From assembly GCF_009914755.1 (NCBI RefSeq), contig NC_060925.1: a DNA stretch of 64,000 bases; one strand, written 5' to 3'. Shown piece by piece: positions 61,136 to 64,000 of the stretch. This DNA comes from the human T2T-CHM13v2.0 reference genome, Homo sapiens. Position numbers and translations under genes: made by a program. The notes under the pieces are model-generated. The model was not told the DNA's origin. It did not search any database and worked only from the letters and a program-made list of their open reading frames with translations. Position 1 is the stretch's first letter. Every line of letters starts with the position of its first letter.

Positions 61136-61282
<147 letters not shown>

Positions 61283-61908
61283 TAAGTCATTAGCCTTTTT
61301 GCTAGGTGTGCCAAATACAAGTATCTTTCATTTTAGTTTACCATCTCTTAATCAGGGTAAAATTTCTCTGGGCAGTATTCCTTGGTTTAAACTTAACATA
61401 TTTATCAGCATTGTTTGAATATTTTAACTGAATGGGGGCCCAAACATCTCTTGTTTCTCCAAATAGCGTCAAATGTTTGTGTCCTTTTAGAGGAATTTAA
61501 ATTCAAAAATAAATTTAACTTGCCTCCCAGTAAAATTTTTCCTGTGATAACTGGTTTGTTTTAATTTTATTATTTTCAGCTGCTTTTTTGTTAGACTCAC
61601 CAATTCAGATATTGAATGTTTAATAGGATAACAATATTAAACTTATGAAAACCAGTTTTTTTTCGGTTAGTTACATGGTTTTGTTTTGCCATTTTGATTT
61701 AAAATAGAAATGCTTTTCTCACCAGTGTCACTTCTTATTGGTTTGAATTTCCCTTCAAGTTGAATGGAATGGAGCAAGTATTGTCATGGCTCTTAAAGTA
61801 ATTTGTGCATAGTGTCATGTACAATTAACTTCTTAATACAGTGCAGAATGGAAAATAGACTTGGGGATAGAGGTATTTTGGGTTGGTAAGATGACATATA
61901 AACAGTGA

Positions 61909-62230
61909 TTTTTTTGGTTTGTTTTTAAATTTTTATTTTTTTAGAGACAGGGTCGTACTCTGTCGTCCAAGCTAGAGTGGAGTAGTGTGATCACAGCCCA
62001 CTGCAACCTTGACCTCCTGGGCTCAAGTGATCCTTCTGCCTCAGCCTTCCAAGTAGCTGGGACTATAGGCTCATGCCACTGTGCCTGGCTAATGTTTTAA
62101 AAAAATTTTATGTAGAGACAGGATCTCTCTTTATTGCCCAGGCTGGTCTCAAACTCCTGGGCTCAGGCTATTCTCCCACCTCAGCCTCTCAAAGTGCTGG
62201 GATTGCAGGTGTGAGCCACCGTGCCCAGCC
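61909..62230 (-). mobile_element. AluJ
   Basis: Diverged reverse Alu. Confidence 0.88.
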
Positions 62231-62264
62231 CAACTGTGATTGTTTTAGAGAGAGAAAATTCTAG

Positions 62265-62606
<342 letters not shown>

Positions 62607-64000
62607 ACATTAGAATTCTAAAACAAGCCTCAGCTTGTCTCTGTGTTAATGGTCTTTTATAAATATTAGAAATGTTTATTTTGGTTCCCATTTTCTTCTT
62701 TTGTGACCTTTGAGATTAGGAGTAAACTTTTCCCCTTCAATATACCATGTGTTCTTTAGTTATGGCATTATGCTTATATGTAGAATGTGATGTTTGTTAT
62801 TATTGCATACAGATGTAACTACTACCTCAAATCCTCTCAGTTCTTTCTCTGAAAACAACTGTTCCACAGGATTTGTGAAATCCACATAGGGTTTACGTAT
62901 TACTAGATACCAGTTGGGGTCTTGAAATCCTAATACACCAAACTAGATTTTTTCCTGGTGCAGGAAAATAGCAGTTCAGCTATGAATGCTTTTAGAATAG
63001 ACTTGCTGCTTATCTTTAGTACTGATGAATTTATTTAGCAAGAGCAGCAAAGACCACATGGATTATCACTCGTGAGACCATAAGAATGAGATTTCTTTGT
63101 ATAAGGTTTGTAATCTACTTATAATTAAAAGTTGTGATCATTATTTAGTGTTGGAAACTTTCTTATTGGTGTTGTTATATAAATCAGTCTTTAGTTAGGC
63201 AAATCCTAACTGTCCTGTCTTTTTATGCCATGATCAATAGCCAGATCTAATTAAGGTGCCACACCTACTTGATTGTTGGCATGTAGATATCTTGTTATGA
63301 AGTACTATCATTTCTTCCTTTTCCTCTTCTCTCTAGGCAAAACTACTATCCATTTATTCAAACATTTATTGAGCATCTACCATATGCAAGGCATTGTGTA
63401 ATTGCTTACTTGCCTCTCAGTTAATGAGGTAATGTTTATAAAATGTTGATCTCTTAGTGAATGATATTGTAAATGTTAATATGTGCTAAAAGCCCACCTT
63501 GGAACTTCACAGTGTTATACAGACTTTGTAGAAGAAAATGGGGGAGTAAATTGAAGTTACTGGTGTGTCTCCCCTTGAGACCTCCATGGTGAAATATATG
63601 ATGTTAGCCTTCCTAAAACCTGTATTGTGACCCTATATTAAAGCCAACTTGTGATTACATCATTTCAGGTGTCATGACCAAAGGTCAAAAAGAATCGTGC
63701 AAGATCAACCCAAAGGAAGAGTTGGGTCATAAAGAGATAATTCCTTTCAAGCATACATTGAGAAATCACCAACTGTGTCTTATTTCTTTCAATTTCTGGG
63801 GGAAAACATCTCTGGAAATGTAGGCCTCTAGTCACTATAGATCTTATACATTAAACCAGTTTGGCAGAGTTTAGCCTTTAAAAATTGTGTCATTTTCTTC
63901 AAACACCGATCACAAGTAACAATTTGCATGTGTACATCATTAGACCTAAGTATCAGCTAAAACACAAAGCAGTGCAGATCTTTTTACTATAGGAGGTAGT

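Overview
Primate genomic DNA, most likely human chr1p13.3 (identified by recognising the proteins, not by a database search). The window holds two + strand genes. GPR61 is an orphan class A GPCR with an intronless 451-aa CDS at 21746-23101 and an inferred non-coding exon 1 near 18.6 kb. GNAI3 (G-alpha-i3) has a CpG-island promoter near 27.3 kb and coding exons 1-5; the gene runs off the right end. The rest is about 34 Alus, MIR/L2/L1 relics, DNA-transposon MITEs, an MLT1 LTR and microsatellites. Most ORF-track entries are Alu-derived or chance frames. I found no new protein-coding system. The best candidate for an undescribed mechanism is layered post-transcriptional control of GPR61: an ATF4-like uORF cassette with a strong-Kozak overlapping ORF, a MIR-derived splice acceptor plus an alternative acceptor that would remodel the uORF load, and a candidate NMD-triggering 3'UTR intron. 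Other highlights are a near-consensus CTCF site between the genes, a twin-primed inverted L1, a tailless 5S retropseudogene, inverted Alus around GNAI3 exons, and a perfect 14-bp hairpin. Repeat boundaries and subfamilies are by-eye estimates.
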